This document shows, one piece after another, positions 49,101 to 63,020 of a DNA stretch of 64,000 bases (positions within the stretch are counted from its first letter, which is position 1; each line of letters starts with the position of its first letter). Made by a program: the position numbers and the translations under genes. Under the pieces are notes generated by a model. The model was not told the origin of the DNA, ran no database searches, and saw only the letters and a program-made list of their open reading frames with translations. The stretch is from NCBI GenBank assembly GCA_977030845.1, contig OZ365118.1, positions 5,394,001-5,458,000 on the forward strand, given 5' to 3'. Source of the DNA: Fimbriosthenelais zetlandica (taxonomy: Eukaryota).

Positions 49101-49904
49101 GAACACTACTACTAGCTACGCTTTTTTTTAAATCTTAGCAATACCTATTTTACACTTAAAATGTACATTAGTAATTGCTTTGCGATTTAAGTCACATTAT
49201 ACCTAATGAAAAATATGCTTATTCTGCTTAATAATTATTCCAATCAGAGCCAAATATCGGTACAAAAATCCTTATAAAATGATTAAGCGAGGAATGACCG
49301 ATGATCGAGGCAGCATTGGTGGCTTACTTGATCAATGGATTCTATTAATAAGATTAATGAGAAGAATCTATCTATAAAGCAATTATTGATTCATAGCTCA
49401 GCTATCAGCGCTGGGGACATGTCTTTTCAGCAGGTGTGTGGTTTCCTAATTTCCCTACAGTTATTGACAAACGTGTAAAGCATGTCATTTCTCAGAGAAA
49501 AGAGCATGGCAAGCCTCGCTATTATTACATGTATGAGAAGGCCCAGACAAAAAAAATACACCATTGTATTATTGTGTGCTGACAAAGAAATGGGTTATAT
49601 GAGTAACGAGTGAGATTATCTCCTCCACTTTTTAATGTGTGGAGTGGGTAGTTTTTAAGGGATTGTATAATGAAGATGACCTACATTAGGCGATGTTAAG
49701 CCTAGATGCTTCTGTGAAACATTTTTCTGAGACAGACCCTTAGGCTGGTGGATTACACTGAGCGATGAATACTGATTGAGATGGAAAACGATGGAAATAT
49801 ATGGTGCTTTGTGTCAACTTTATAAGAATGATTTCAATATAATGTCACCCTTATTCCGACTGTTTCTTTTTGTTTTTTTAGTTAGAATATTTATAGAGCC
49901 TGTT

Positions 49905-50035
49905 ATGGGTGAATACCAGCTCACACTCTCGATTACTCAAGTTTTTCGTATGATTTTCAGCTGGGGGCTCTTTCTATGTGCATTACTACATTGCCTTCTG
50001 TGCAATGGATATTTCTAGGTGCATGTGCTCTAGAA
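49905..50035 (+). repeat. Dispersed repeat copy (pair with 40963-41100)
   Basis: Same motifs as above, diverged. Confidence 0.8.
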
Positions 50036-50075
50036 CATATGTACAACAGTGAGGAGGGAGGCATTGGAAATGCCT

Positions 50076-50167
50076 TGGACAGCTCGGGGGATTGAACCGC
50101 CGACCCTTCGATCATTGGTCAACCAACCTGTGTGAGCTGGCGCTCTAACCAACTGAGCTAACTCCTC
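50076..50167 (-). mobile_element. tRNA-derived SINE head or tRNA pseudogene
   Basis: Minus strand GAGGAGTTAGCTCAGTTGGTTAGAGCGCCAGC...GGGTCGGCGGTTCAATCCCCCGAGCTGTCCA has a perfect A box and a B box, but about 18 extra nt and a broken T and acceptor stem. Confidence 0.7.
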
Positions 50168-51734
50168 TCTTTAACTGTTTCCATGCAATGATAAGCTTCA
50201 TGAGAAATGACAAGCGATGGACATGATTGCAACGGTCATCACAAAATATTCTCAGCAAGGCCGAACAGTGGCATTCAATGTGTTTGATGGAGGAAGATAC
50301 AAGTTTTTCAAACTTGTATCTAATCAAGGCAGTTAAGGTGCGATGGTGGAGATTGCGGCAGTGAAGAGCTACCGGTTAATGGTGCGCCCGAGGCCATTAC
50401 AGCTTAAACTAGCTATAGACAGCCCCTTTATGATGCCTTACCCGGGAGGAACTGGCTCCACGTATTAAATAGCAATCACCTTCCTTATGGTAGCCCTGAC
50501 CCATAAAGTTAGATGAAAGCAACGTCAGTGACAACAATGCCAAAGGTGCACATCCAATATGGGTTCATCCAATCTAAAATAAGATCACTTAATTCCTGAA
50601 ACCTACAGCAAACTCTTAGAGAAGCATCAAGAAAATTGCTTATTAATTTAAATTTTAAATCAATTTCCTTAAGAATGTAATACCAATTATTTTTCAATTT
50701 GAAGCTGGGTTGTTCTAGGGTTGGTGCTAACCCGGACTTTACTATAGGAAGGTATGGCAGGAGTTGATGTATAGGTTCAGGATACCCGGAAACGTGGTTA
50801 ATTTAATTTATATTCGACTATGGTGTCCTGGCAAATTAAACGCAAATCGCACAGGACATAACGGCAAAGTTAGGTCCGTAAAAACGGCTCATTTCTCAGA
50901 AGCTTTCTCATTTCTAGCGGTGGAATTATTACTTCAAATCCATCATATTTAATAGGCTTATTTATTTGTTGAAGTCAATTATTCGTATGGCAGCTACCAT
51001 TAATAATCCTTTCTGTGAATTTTGATACGAGTGTGAATGCATAAATATATTTCATTGAGAAGCAAAGCCATATATAGGCCTCGTTTTACAATAACTTTCT
51101 CGACAACTGATGCGTTTGTTTTGTTAAAAGCTCTTTAATCCCACATGTAGAGACTTGAATTGTGAAAAAAATAAAGAAATACAACACAAAAGGATCGGAT
51201 TCCATTATGGTGTGGGATTTTGTTGAGTGAGGGATGTCTTTCCTACCAGTGCATCATTGGTATTATATTCAACCATGTCTGAAAACATCTTCAACTAGGG
51301 AAGTTTTCTGAGCTCCCACTCAAGGAGATTACACCCCTAGCCAGCCATTATCAAAAGAGGGAGTCATGTGACTGGAAAGAGCAGGGGATTCTGGGAATCT
51401 GACACTTCCGGTGAGAACAGACTCAATTAACCTCTGGCTTCCCTTGTTGGCTTCCCTTACTGGCTTCCCCTCTCCCATGCGGGCCCGCAGGGAAAAGCTA
51501 GATTATGCTGAGTGAAATTTACTACCCTTGAAAGGGAAGAGGTCTAACCACAGAAACCATCTGTCCATTTATATAGCCTGTAATGGCTTTAATCAATGTT
51601 CTAATCACTCGCTCCTTCCTCTTGTTTTTTTAAGCTTTAATGGCTTGGCATTGGATGTCTCATAACTGCTGATGCTTCATTTAAGCTTTAGATGAAAAGG
51701 ATTTATGGTGCTATCTGTTCTAGTAAGGGGCTTA

Positions 51735-52032
51735 AGTTAGCTGTTGGGATTTGTTATGGGAATACAAGACCCCTTATGGTAGCTGTTAAGATTGCCTTGG
51801 AAAAGTAGGACTCTGAAGTTGACTGTTAAAATTTGCTATGGAAATGCAAGACCCCTGTTAGCTGTTAAGATTCCATGCAAAAGTAGGACTCTTAAATTCA
51901 ATGTTAAAACTTGCTATTGAAATACAAGATCTCTAAACTTAGCCTTTGAGCTTTGCTATGGAAATACATGTTTAAGAGCTCTTAAGTCAGCTCTTGAGGT
52001 TTGCTATGGAAATATAAGTTAGCTGTTGAAAG
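51735..52032. repeat. Old degenerate tandem repeat (about 38-40-bp unit)
   Basis: Recurrent GTTAGCTGTT / TTTGCTATGGAAATACAAGAC motifs. Confidence 0.65.
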
Positions 52033-53033
52033 CAATTTCAATTTCATTCAAAATTCCCAATGATCTCTGAACTGAAAAGTTTTGGGTAGGGATATGTTTT
52101 CATTCCAGGGCTAAGGTCCCTAACCGGGAGCCCAGGTGGATGGGGTTAAAAGATGTTAAAACACCTCAAATACACATATTAGCCGGCGGGTGGTATGTGG
52201 CGCCATATTCACCTATGTGACCACTACACTCCGATCACAGAGACCTGGAGAATGATTGTACCTGACACGCTTCATGGTCACTTGTCAGATAGGGAATCAA
52301 GTGGCTAGAGTTGGTCCAGTCTCACTGGTCAGCTTGACCAGTACATTACTCCCGGGAGTTAGAGGGGCAATGTGTGGGGTGATAACAGGGTCAGACTCGC
52401 CACTGGTCAAGCTTTCTGGTCAAGCCTACAGCCATTTACCTCGTACCTTGTATTTTCAATACTTTCCAGATATCATGTCAGTTTTTATTGGATGGAAAAA
52501 AATCAGAAGTTTGGGTGGATGGTTCTAAAGGGAGGTGTTCAGAATTCAGGGACAAGTCTCTGGCCAATGGGATGTGGTCTCTGGCCAATGAGATGTGACA
52601 CATCCAAAGCTAATATCCAGAACTCAAAATAAATATTATCCATAGACTTAGACTTTCAAAATGGCCTATGAGGACTAGATTACCCTGGCCCTTTTTCAAT
52701 ATACCTATATTTATTTACAATATTATTAATTATCTTATTGGAACTAATCGCTCATTGACTAATCGCTCATGGCTTGTATAATTTGTGACAGGTCTGTCCT
52801 GTGTAAAGTCAGTAATTAAATAGCTAAGCCAGGCATCATCTCTATACTGTCAATATGATATGACAGAGGGGGTGAGGCCCATTTCAATTACACGCACCAT
52901 GTTCCCCGGTTTCAGGGCCGAGATGTCAATAGGCCTATATGCCAGGCAATGTTTTCATTAAACGGTAAAGATCAGTAAGCATGGGATGCCCTTTCCAGGA
53001 ACCCCATAGTGCATGAGGGCAAATCAAGGATTA

Positions 53034-53244
53034 AGCCGGGACTCCACTGCTGCGATTTTGCTTGCGCCACTACTGCGACAAAGGTGATGCTTGTGAAGTT
53101 GTGTAAGAATAAAATTTATAAATTGTGGTTCAAGTGTCCAAGGCCTTATGGCCGTCCCCCAATGGTGAATTTATCATTGAAACACTAGCATCACATTTGT
53201 CGCAGACGTGTCGCAAACAAAATCGCAGCAGTGGAGTCCCGGCT
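53034..53244. mobile_element. MITE family A copy 5 (211 bp, TTA/TTA flanks)
   Basis: Perfect terminal TIRs with identical TTA on both sides. A TWA target is consistent with PIF/Harbinger-type MITEs, but flanks of other copies vary. Confidence 0.88.
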
Positions 53245-55546
53245 TTAGATATTAGAAAAAATAAGACATATGCCTTCAAATTCATGCACGTGTTAAATAT
53301 TTGGTGGGGGGGGGGGTTTATACCAAATATTGATACATCGAATTCAACTAAACTTGAGAGAAATTTGAGTAAAATATTTGATCTGCCTTACCCTGTGTTC
53401 ATGGAGGGGTCTATAGTTCTGAAGCTTACTCCACATTTCTCCCCTTGTAAATCTATCCATCCTCATTTCCTTATTCTCCAGTCTTTGAATATTAAACCAC
53501 ATTCTGATCTTTGTAAATCACTGAATTACACCGAAAAATTAACATAAACACCACAACCAGTGAGTATCTACTCACTGGATTTCACACAGACGCAGTAAAG
53601 TCCCTAGATGCGAGCTGTATTCCAAAGATAATCCAGAAGTTTTTCCAGAAGTCCTAACCAAATTATTGGTGCTGAAACTCGTGAAACCGTTCACTTCGTG
53701 AGAAATCTGAGTAATACTGAAGTCTGAAACCTCAACAATCCCCGCAGGATGAGCGGCTTGTCTAATTTAGACATGTGTGAGTCAAATGTCCGGGCTATAA
53801 TCGACATCTGAATCACGATCTCAGGTATTGCCATTTGAGCCCAAAGTTCCCAGAAGAATTTTTTCAAATCACCTGGATGAACTATGAGTCAAGGAGAGGC
53901 AAGGACCAGCTGCTGCTCTGGTGCTTTAGACATGTCCCCCACCTCCTCCTCCCACACCTTTAACTGCAGGTGATAAATGCCAGGATGAGTGAGGGGGGGG
54001 GGGGGGGAGAATGACCTGGAGTGAAAGGATTGCCCTTTCTGGAGGAGAGGGAGGAGTAAGATTGGGGGAGATCCCGCGCTCTCCGCTCACTTCCTTAAGC
54101 CATCAAGTTCAGACCTGGCTACTGACATGTAAAGAGCTTTCTCTATGTAGCAGCGGTTAGGCCAAGCACAGAAAATGTTTGTGGTAATCCGACAAAAATC
54201 TGCAATGATTTGATATTTTTTGTGCCAATGATTAAGCCCCGATAGGCCAATAAGGCATAAAGGATTGCAAATTAAATCTGTGCTCTGAAGGGGCAATTTC
54301 CCATTTATTTTCAGACTCCACAGCAGGTCAATTTATGGTAAAAAATAGTCAAAATTGTGAATGAAACAATTTTATTTCTTGGCCTTTTTTTACTCTAAAA
54401 CGGAGGGTCTACTTGCTAGTGGAGCACTGTTCAGGCTTGCAGTATTCCAGCATTGAGACAGGTGCTACATTATGTATAGGTGAAGGCCTTGACAAAAGTA
54501 GTCTGACTTAGGATGTCCATGTACAAGGCTTCACCAACATGTGCTAAACTAATCCATATGGACATTCTGAGCGGGCGAGACAGATAAATGGGATAATGCT
54601 TAAAGGTAGGGCTCTATACGGAAAGTGCTTACTAAATGGAATCCAGTTACAAATTCGGGGGTTTAGTGAACGTATGTGGCCAAGAAATAATTTGCAGACT
54701 TATTTCTAGTAAAAAAATATATATAAATGCATACATGATGAAACCAGGGAATCCATGGACTAGGGATGGGTGGATATCCAAGATGTTTAGGAAATGCCAT
54801 GTGAGGAACTGCTATAAATGAATCCGGGCTTACACCGACCGCTCCCAAACTGACAGCAGATGAAATTCCCAGATTTTGTTGCCAAAACTGCTCCTTTTTC
54901 TATGGCCAGGAAATGAATATGTTCTCAAGTGTGATGTGAGTGTGGCGGTAACATCCTGGGGACAGGACGGACCAGGTGTCAGCGTAACAATGATGGCTAC
55001 GAGTGGTAACCTCGCCTTAAATGTCAGGTAGTTTGGAAACAGTGAGTGGACAGTTAATTAGATAGGCCCACGGAACACATCAATGGAACATCTTAAATTA
55101 GAATCTCCTTAATTAGCAACGGTGTCAGAAACCACATGTTGAACAGATAAAGGGGGGCTAATTTAAAGTGGAGGTCAGATGATGGGATAGTTGTAAAACC
55201 CAGGGCTAGGCTGGCGAATGGCTGCCCTAGGAAGGGGACTTAAAGTCCTTTGTTTGGGCTGGAATGCCTATGAAGATAAATGTCAGATTAACTTCTATTT
55301 CTGATTGTTTGAAATTGACAGTTTTTTCATTGTCTGTTACAATTGGAAATACCTGATAGCTCTTTGATTAAGACTTCAAAGACAGTTGACATTTTACTTT
55401 AAGTTTGATCTTTTTGGATCAGTTACATTTCTATTTCTTCTTTTCTTCAGACAGTTTTCTTGGATTTAAAAAGTAAAGAATAATGCCCAATCTTAAGATA
55501 CTATTTCAGAAATGGTTTTCTCACTGCCAAGTCAACTAGACAGAAG

Positions 55547-55596
55547 CACTGACACTGTCACTGACACTGTCACTGACACTGTCACTGACACTGTCT
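55547..55596. repeat. 12-bp tandem repeat x4
   Basis: CACTGACACTGT repeated. Confidence 0.9.
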
Positions 55597-58298
55597 GCCC
55601 CGCACTTGGGGTGACAACTCACCCCGGGGGATTTCAGATATTCATCTTTAAAGACATCTCTGGCAAATCTAGACCTCAGCTCTTAATATCGGTAAATAAG
55701 GGTCACTGACATCCCAACAAAATATGACAAGCAAGTAATGAGAACTGATAGTCCAAGGGTCTTAATGTTAGAAATGGTACCGACAGCTGGAATAACAGCA
55801 AATCTATAGGCTGGCAAAACAAGTCATTTTGTTCGGTCGAAAGCTCATTTATAAAGAGTGCTTGCAGTAGATTAGCAACTCAGAGAAGGGAGGTTACTTT
55901 GTGATAGGTTATTAAATCTTTCAGGACCCCTGCACTCAGTGACAATGGAGAGAGGTTGTATTCAGTACTAAGAATTCCTTTTGTGCAAGAGAGTCTAGTT
56001 TTAAGAATTCTGTTTAAGAGAGTTAGAAAGTAACTCGACAGTTTTTTGCCCTTTAAAGATTAAAACCAATTCCACCCACGAACTCTTTTCCTCGATGTCA
56101 TAGTTTCTATGTATTGTTCTTTAAGTATAGGTATGGGTCTATTTAATCTGCTAGTGGATTTTCCCTCTAATCCTATGGGATTCTATGTCAATTATGGTGG
56201 GTATAGGATGGAGCAAATCCATCCTGAGGTAAAGTAAATCAATTAATCCCTGACAAACAAAGCTAGGAATGTCATGTATTGATTTGGAGCTGGGCTAGAC
56301 AAAATGGCCACTGTGGGTGGAGGATGTTGGCTCAAGGTCAGAGGGAAGCAAACTATACCCAAGTTTTTACTACTATAGGCCTAAATGGTCTACACAAAAC
56401 ATATTAAAACTGTTCTTAGTTTTAGAAGGGATCAGAACTCATAGACATTTCCAGGGGGGAAATGCAGTTTGAGAGGACCAAAATTATAATACTTCTTACT
56501 TTTTCGCCTCACAAAATCAATTTTGTTGGAAAATCAGATTTTATCATTTTACCAGAACTTTTCAAGCAGTCTGGCTGGTTTCCCAGAAATTTCCAGTACT
56601 GGAAATTGGCTTTTTGATCGTCCAGGATATTAAGAACACTATGAACTTAAGAGTGTGTCTATCGCTTTCAAGACAGTAGGCCTATATACTCACATCAGAA
56701 GCCCACCACTTTATAATAGTAGCAGCATTCATCATAATGACTCTACTTTTCCTTTATAGAATCAGTTCGTGATATCCATATAAATGTTCCCACTCTCACT
56801 AACTACACTCAGTGCTAATTGTGACAACATCATCTTCCTTTAAAAAACCACCAACTCTCTAAACGATCTAAAAAGGGATTTCATCTTTTTCACCTCCAGC
56901 TGTCTCTTTTATCTTGCTCTGATGGGAAGTGATTCAGTGCAGCTCTGACTAAATTGCCCTCCTCAAACAAAACAGCAAAGGCTGAGAAGTCATTGGTGGC
57001 ACCTTTATACCTGCTCTGGCCTTTATGCCTAGCAAGCTTCACCAAAAGCCTACTTAGACACACAATAGGCTTAGTCAGCAGGTTTAGTCGGCTTCTGATA
57101 GCACCCTTAATGATAGAGAATGATATGGATGAAACAGAGAGTAGATAGACACTGTTAAACTCCCATCAATGTGACGTCACAAGACATGAGATACCATACT
57201 TAAACGTAGCAGAGTATTGTTGATTTTCAGAATATTAAATGCATACTTTCACCAATAGTATCACACAAATTATTTCATCAGATTATATTGGGATTTCGCA
57301 ATCTGCAAGATATGAATGTCATATAATTTTATGATATTATGTAACATCCATGATTCATTATTTGACACTAATAGTCAATCTCTTAAATATCAGATATGAG
57401 CAGTTATGGTGTATTCATTTAATATTAGCTAATAAATAGGTAGAGAGCGCTAGGGAGAGTTGACGCAATCAATATGATCTATAATATCATTACCCATCCC
57501 TCCTACCAGCTGTTGTCGTAGTCCTACCAATATTATTATTCTCTAAGGACTCGATCCCAAGACAATATTCATGCGAATCCCGCTGCAGTAAAACAAAAAA
57601 TGATTTGCATAAATGCATTGGGTGGATAAGACATAACTGCTAATTACAGATATGAATATTGGTATCGCATGGTTAACTTATATAGCACACAATTGTTCCA
57701 CCCGCTTAGCAATGTGCGTTGAGCATAAATCCCAGTTTTCTACACCATTGGTTTTGCAGCAATGCTCTGAACATTGTCCTTTGTGTTTGATCAGTATATG
57801 GGGGAAGGCATGAGTGGCTCGAGGCTTGATCTTGAGCTGCTCTGGCACCATAACCCATGAGGAATAGAGGCCTGCTTGGTGGGGAATGGGAGATCGCATA
57901 AAGTACACATTTAGACAAAGACATGCATACGCCAGGCTGGCGCAATGCCTCCCAGTCCTTGACATATTTTAAATGAATAACTCTTTCATTCAACTCAGGC
58001 TTAACTGTTTGATTCTGAATTTTCTGAATAACTCCTAAATTTTACACCAGAAGTTTTCAATTGAACTAATAATAAAAGATGTTATAGATATACGTATTTG
58101 GAATATTTTTAACCATATATCATAAAGTACAATGACAAATTTAATATTGATACAATGTACCATCATATTGAATATCGCAGTCTGACATAACGATCAACTG
58201 CATAATCTATGGAAAATACAGCAGATGCCATTTTATTAGACCACAAAGCTTTCAGATGAGCTTTTAGCTGAGCTTAGTGTTGAATCTAAAGTAAAAGA

Positions 58299-58546
58299 CC
58301 TGGGGCTTATTTCAAAAGAGAAATTAGCAATGCTAAGTCTAATTTTTGTTTTGAAATGGGCTCCTGGATCCTGTTTCAAAGCAAATAGACTTGCTAAGTC
58401 TGTCTAATTTTTGTTTTGAAATGGGCTCCTGGATCCTGTTTCAAAGCAAATAGACTTGCTAAGTCTGTCTAATTTTTGTTTTGAAATGGGTTCCTGGATC
58501 CTGTTTCAAAGCGAATAGACTTGCTAATATTCCATTGAGACGGGTT
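58299..58546. repeat. Tandem array of four about 65-bp mini-foldback units
   Basis: CCTGG at 58299, 58363, 58428, 58493. Each unit opens (G/A)TCCTGTTTCAAA and closes TTTGAAATGGG. Confidence 0.85.
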
Positions 58547-61500
58547 GACATACCTGCTGTTTTCTCAGGGTAAGTCGTCTGAACTTCTTCTTGTATGGAG
58601 TTTGTTGGGGGTACCATGTACTCAGTGTTCGCATGAGTAGTTGGGTGGCGGTATCCCGCCGACTGGTCTCATCCTTACCTCCATCCATCTTAATAAACTA
58701 AGGACCTTCTCCTCCTACCTCTACTACTCCTTCTTCTCCTTAAAGAATTGATATTGATCCTCCTCCCAATTTATTTCAATCTCACCTTGATTTTTCACTA
58801 CAAGGTTGTTGAGTAGTTCTTGGAGTTAGAATAGAATACTTTCCAATGTTACTGGTTGGTTGCGACAAGGCTGCACTGATTAAGTTCTGTGACAATCAAT
58901 GTCTGCGACACATTTAAACCCAATTTCTCGATATATATATGTTGTTGGAGAAGGTCCCTCAAGTCCAGCAAGATTCAAGAAGATTCCGAGGAGTCCGACC
59001 AAAGTCTTATTACCAATGGCATAAAGTTTTTTGAATAGGAGAGCTCAAAAACGCTTCAAGCTGGAAGCATGCAATCCGGAAAGTTGATTGCCATAGAGTT
59101 TTTGACACAAACCTTTGTAATTCCACGGAAAACCGAAGTGAAAGTACTTTCTGCAGAGGGGAAATTGTTTGCTAGATTAGGGTTACTGGATAGGAATAAT
59201 CGATTTATGGTTGTCCAGTGTGGGTATCAGACTCATATTGCTGGGGTCGTCATAATAAAGTAGCCATAGCTGTGGGTTAAATTAATGGATACCTAATCTC
59301 CCACTGTAATGCATGCTAACATAATAGGCCTTTGTTACAGCGAATGGATCTTGACCATATGAAGGGTGGTTCGAGCAGGAACGTCAAAGTAATATGAAAG
59401 CTGCATTTGCTCCATGGTATAAGCAGGTAGCAAAGTCAATTGTGCAAACAAGTCGGGAGCAAGTAAGAACGAAAATAGGATTCAATAGGACCAGTCTATG
59501 TCATTATCCACCTCTCCTACCTGTCCCTTCACAAGGACTTTGTAAATATCTTTGATTAAAATCCTTATGGAGTCCAATATCACCTTGAAAGTCAGTGAAG
59601 CTTGTCATTAGATGCCATTGATCAGTTTTCCTGTTATTCCATTGAGGGTATACGTGTTGAGTGACTTGTAATAGTGGTCAATCCCAGATGGCCAGTCTTT
59701 AGCATTCAGGGCTGTCTGCGGTAGAAGCGATGGGCGATTATTCACAACTCCCCGCGGATGTATGACAATCTTCCGCATGCCAGGGCTTAAGTAAGAGTTC
59801 CAATCTAGCGGGGGAAGCAATCCTGGCTGGACTCAATGGCTTGAGGCTTGGCTATGGTCGGGTGGGGGAGGATGTGCCATGGGAGAGTGTTCAGCGGGGC
59901 AAAGGTGTGGCTGGGACTAGACTGAGGCAGTGATCATCTGAGATGAAATGAAGACAGGGCAGTCCTAGGGCATGTTATATAAATCCTGGCATGTCCTTAA
60001 TACCAGAGATAAACCATTGACTTATACAATAGCTGCATAGACAAACCCAGTGTCTGGTCAAGATGGTCTGGAGGGGATGTGGACTCAGGAAGCAAAGGGG
60101 TATAGGCCCTGGAGGAATGTCCGGCAAAGCTGGCAACAAACATGTAGTCAGGTTTGCTATATAAAGGGAGGTATGTATAGGCTTCCTCCTGCAGGTTCAA
60201 TATACATGCAGCAGGGATTGAATAGTCTCACCGATCAGAATTCCTGTAGGGATGCTAGTTAAGTAGAGCTCCTTAATACCAAGTGTAATTACTCCAGTGC
60301 ATTATGCAATGTTATTGTCAGCATAGTTAACTTGCATAGAAATGCAAATGGATCTTACAAAACCGACCCAGTACAAACATATGGCGGTTTAGATGAAGTC
60401 ATTGGAATCAAAATACGAGGCAAAAATATGATAGAAGCACCAGGTGGTATGTTGTAGATAAGATGGGAAATATATTAAAAGCTGCATACACCACTGGGGA
60501 AATCTAATTCAATAGAAGCCGGGAGAAAAACTCTAGTGCAAGTCATTGAAAAGTTAGGATAAAGTAAGAAAGTGGTGTATTTTTGTCTTGGAAATCAATT
60601 ACATTGGAGTGAACTCCACTTGAGACACTCCTCTAAGCTTTGTCCGTGTATAGAAGTAAGGGAATGCATCCCAAAGGTAAATCAATACTTAGGTGTCCAT
60701 ATAGGGTGACAACTCCCACGAGCGCTATATTGCTGGAGTGGATTACGCAAACTGGTATCCTACAATTGATCTCAACCCTAAAGGGTCCTTATGGTGTTTC
60801 TATCCTCTGCCATATATACTCCAATGCTTCTGTCAGAATCCAATAAAATATGACGGATATGATGGGCGGTGGGAGGAGGGCCTATAACAAGTGTTATACC
60901 CATGTGTTGTGGTTGGAGTAGTTCACACCGGTGGAGCGGTATGGAGCATTTGTGAGTTGCTCTGTGAGATGCTTGCTCTCTTATCAGGCGCTGGTGTGAT
61001 GGCCGTGACAATCCGTGGAGGAGTGGTGGTGGTGGGGCTGCTGGTTGGTGTGTGGGGGAGGAGGGTGAGGGGTGGTGGTAGGTATATAGTACAAGCCCCA
61101 CCCAATGTTAGTGGGTGCATACACTGCCTTATGCATGCTCAGCACTTTATAATCAATGTGGGTTTTATCAATAATCTTATTACAATGAAGCATACTCAAA
61201 AAGGTAAAGATTCAAGGGGGAAGAGTGGCTAATAATGGAAAGTGTTATCCATTTTTCTCTTTGTTCCATGGCAACGATGACAGATTCAATGACCATCAAA
61301 GACCCTATGGTTGCGTACATTTGCCTATGGTTGCACAATGGCTGTATAAGTGCCTATGTAAAGCTTGGGTTTCTATACCAATTTGGGTTTTGTATTATGC
61401 TCAATTCCCTTGGACCAGAGAAGACATTCTGCAGTATTTTAAACCTAAGGGTATCCTACTTACTCTAAATTAGATGAACTTCAACCTTTTACATCAGCAG

Positions 61501-61669
61501 CCATTTGAGGATTGCCTCTCAGGCTTGTATGCCACTGGGATTTGTTTTAGGAGTGTGAGTGGGCTCAGGGGAGAAGGATAAAGGGTTTGGGCATGGCTAA
61601 CTGCCCAAACGGTCAATGGCTTGACAAGGTCTGCCACAAGGTAAACGGTGGTGGTGGGAGGTGTGGGTG

Positions 61670-62065
61670 GAGGATAAGGGAGTGGGAGGAGGAGTGGGAG
61701 GGCGGGGGGAAGAGGGCAAAGATCTAACTGGAGGCAGGGCTGGGAAGGGAGAAGAGAGGCAGAGAAGAGAAAAGAGAAGATAGAGAAAGAGGGAGGGAGT
61801 GAGGGGAAGAGAGGGGGAAAGGGGTGAGGTAGAGAAAAGAGAAAGAGAGTGAGAGAGAGGCAGAGAAGAGAAAAGAGAAGATAGAGAAAGAGGGAGGGAG
61901 TGAGGGGAAGAGAGGGGGAAAGGGGTGAGGTAGAGAAAAGAGAGAAGAGAAAGAGAGTGAGAGAGGGGCAGAGAGAGGGAGGGAGAGAGACGAGAGAGGG
62001 AGAGAGAGAGAGGGAGAATGAGGGAAAGGAGGGGCAGGGAAGGAGAGAAAAGAGACGGAAAAAGA
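61670..62065. repeat. Purine-rich (GA) low-complexity tract with an internal about 103-bp duplication
   Basis: GAGGCAGAGAAGAGAAAAGAGAAGATAGAGAAAGAGGGAGGGAGTGAGGGGAAG... occurs twice. Confidence 0.9.
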
Positions 62066-62984
62066 TTGGCGCAGATATAAAAGGGTGTCAATTGTAACTG
62101 TGAAAAATGGGAAGAATCTGTGGAAAAGAAGGAAATACTCAAAAGGGAAAGTGATGGGAATGATCATGCATGGTTTTGGTGGGGAAACCTGCATGTACAG
62201 GTGCTTTGTCGTAGAAAGGAGAAATGAGAGGGAGAAGAGGGAACCACTGGCAGATCTGTGATGACATGCAAGGAAACAATGTCGTGGTCTGTCTGCCTGT
62301 ACATGACATTAATGGGTTGATGTGGGGGTATCTGGCCTAATGTAGGCTGGTAGTGTGGTTATCAAGTACCACCCACATCATGTATGGTGACTGGTCTAAG
62401 TGAGGCTTCCTAATGACTGACGGCTTCAGATTACACACTATACCCTATAGCTGATTATCATTCTGATCCTATAGGTAATACGGATCAAGGTGATCTTGTA
62501 CCGGGAATTACTGAGGACATTTGATGAGGCATTATTATCCAGTGGTTAGTCAAAATGTCTATTGCCATTACCTTTGTTTTAACATGACTGAATAATCCTG
62601 AATTCGATTTACTTACAAAAAGATTGTTAATTTTTGTATAGTAAACATAACCTAATATAAAATCACAAAATGACTGATACAGTTAGTATTTCCACCTGCC
62701 AAAATCCACAATGATGGTTAAAACCAATGGACATAATGCATTGGTCCATTTTTAAGCTCCATCCCCTATCATGCATTCCTATAGTGAACGCAAAAAGTCT
62801 CAACTGAGCAAGTTTTTTTTTTCTGAAAAGCTCAGATTGGTACTGGAACTATAGGCGATGCGTACTGCTTGCATGTTCAAGAGTGATAAAAGCATAGTAT
62901 TACAGGCCACATATGGCCATCTCAGATTATCAAAATTCAAAGGCCATGCAGTAATTGCTTGTTTGACAGTGCATATATAGAGAT

Positions 62985-63020
62985 TTAGGACTTAGGACTT
63001 AGGACTTAGGATTTAGGACT
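62985..63020. repeat. (TTAGGAC)x5
   Basis: Direct inspection; one copy is TTAGGAT. Confidence 0.9.

Noticed and set aside
53125-53547. 140-aa ORF
   Set aside because: Starts inside MITE A and runs through a G-tract; not protein-like.
61597-62194. 181-aa and 156-aa Ser/Leu/Pro ORFs
   Set aside because: Antisense of the GA-rich microsatellite.
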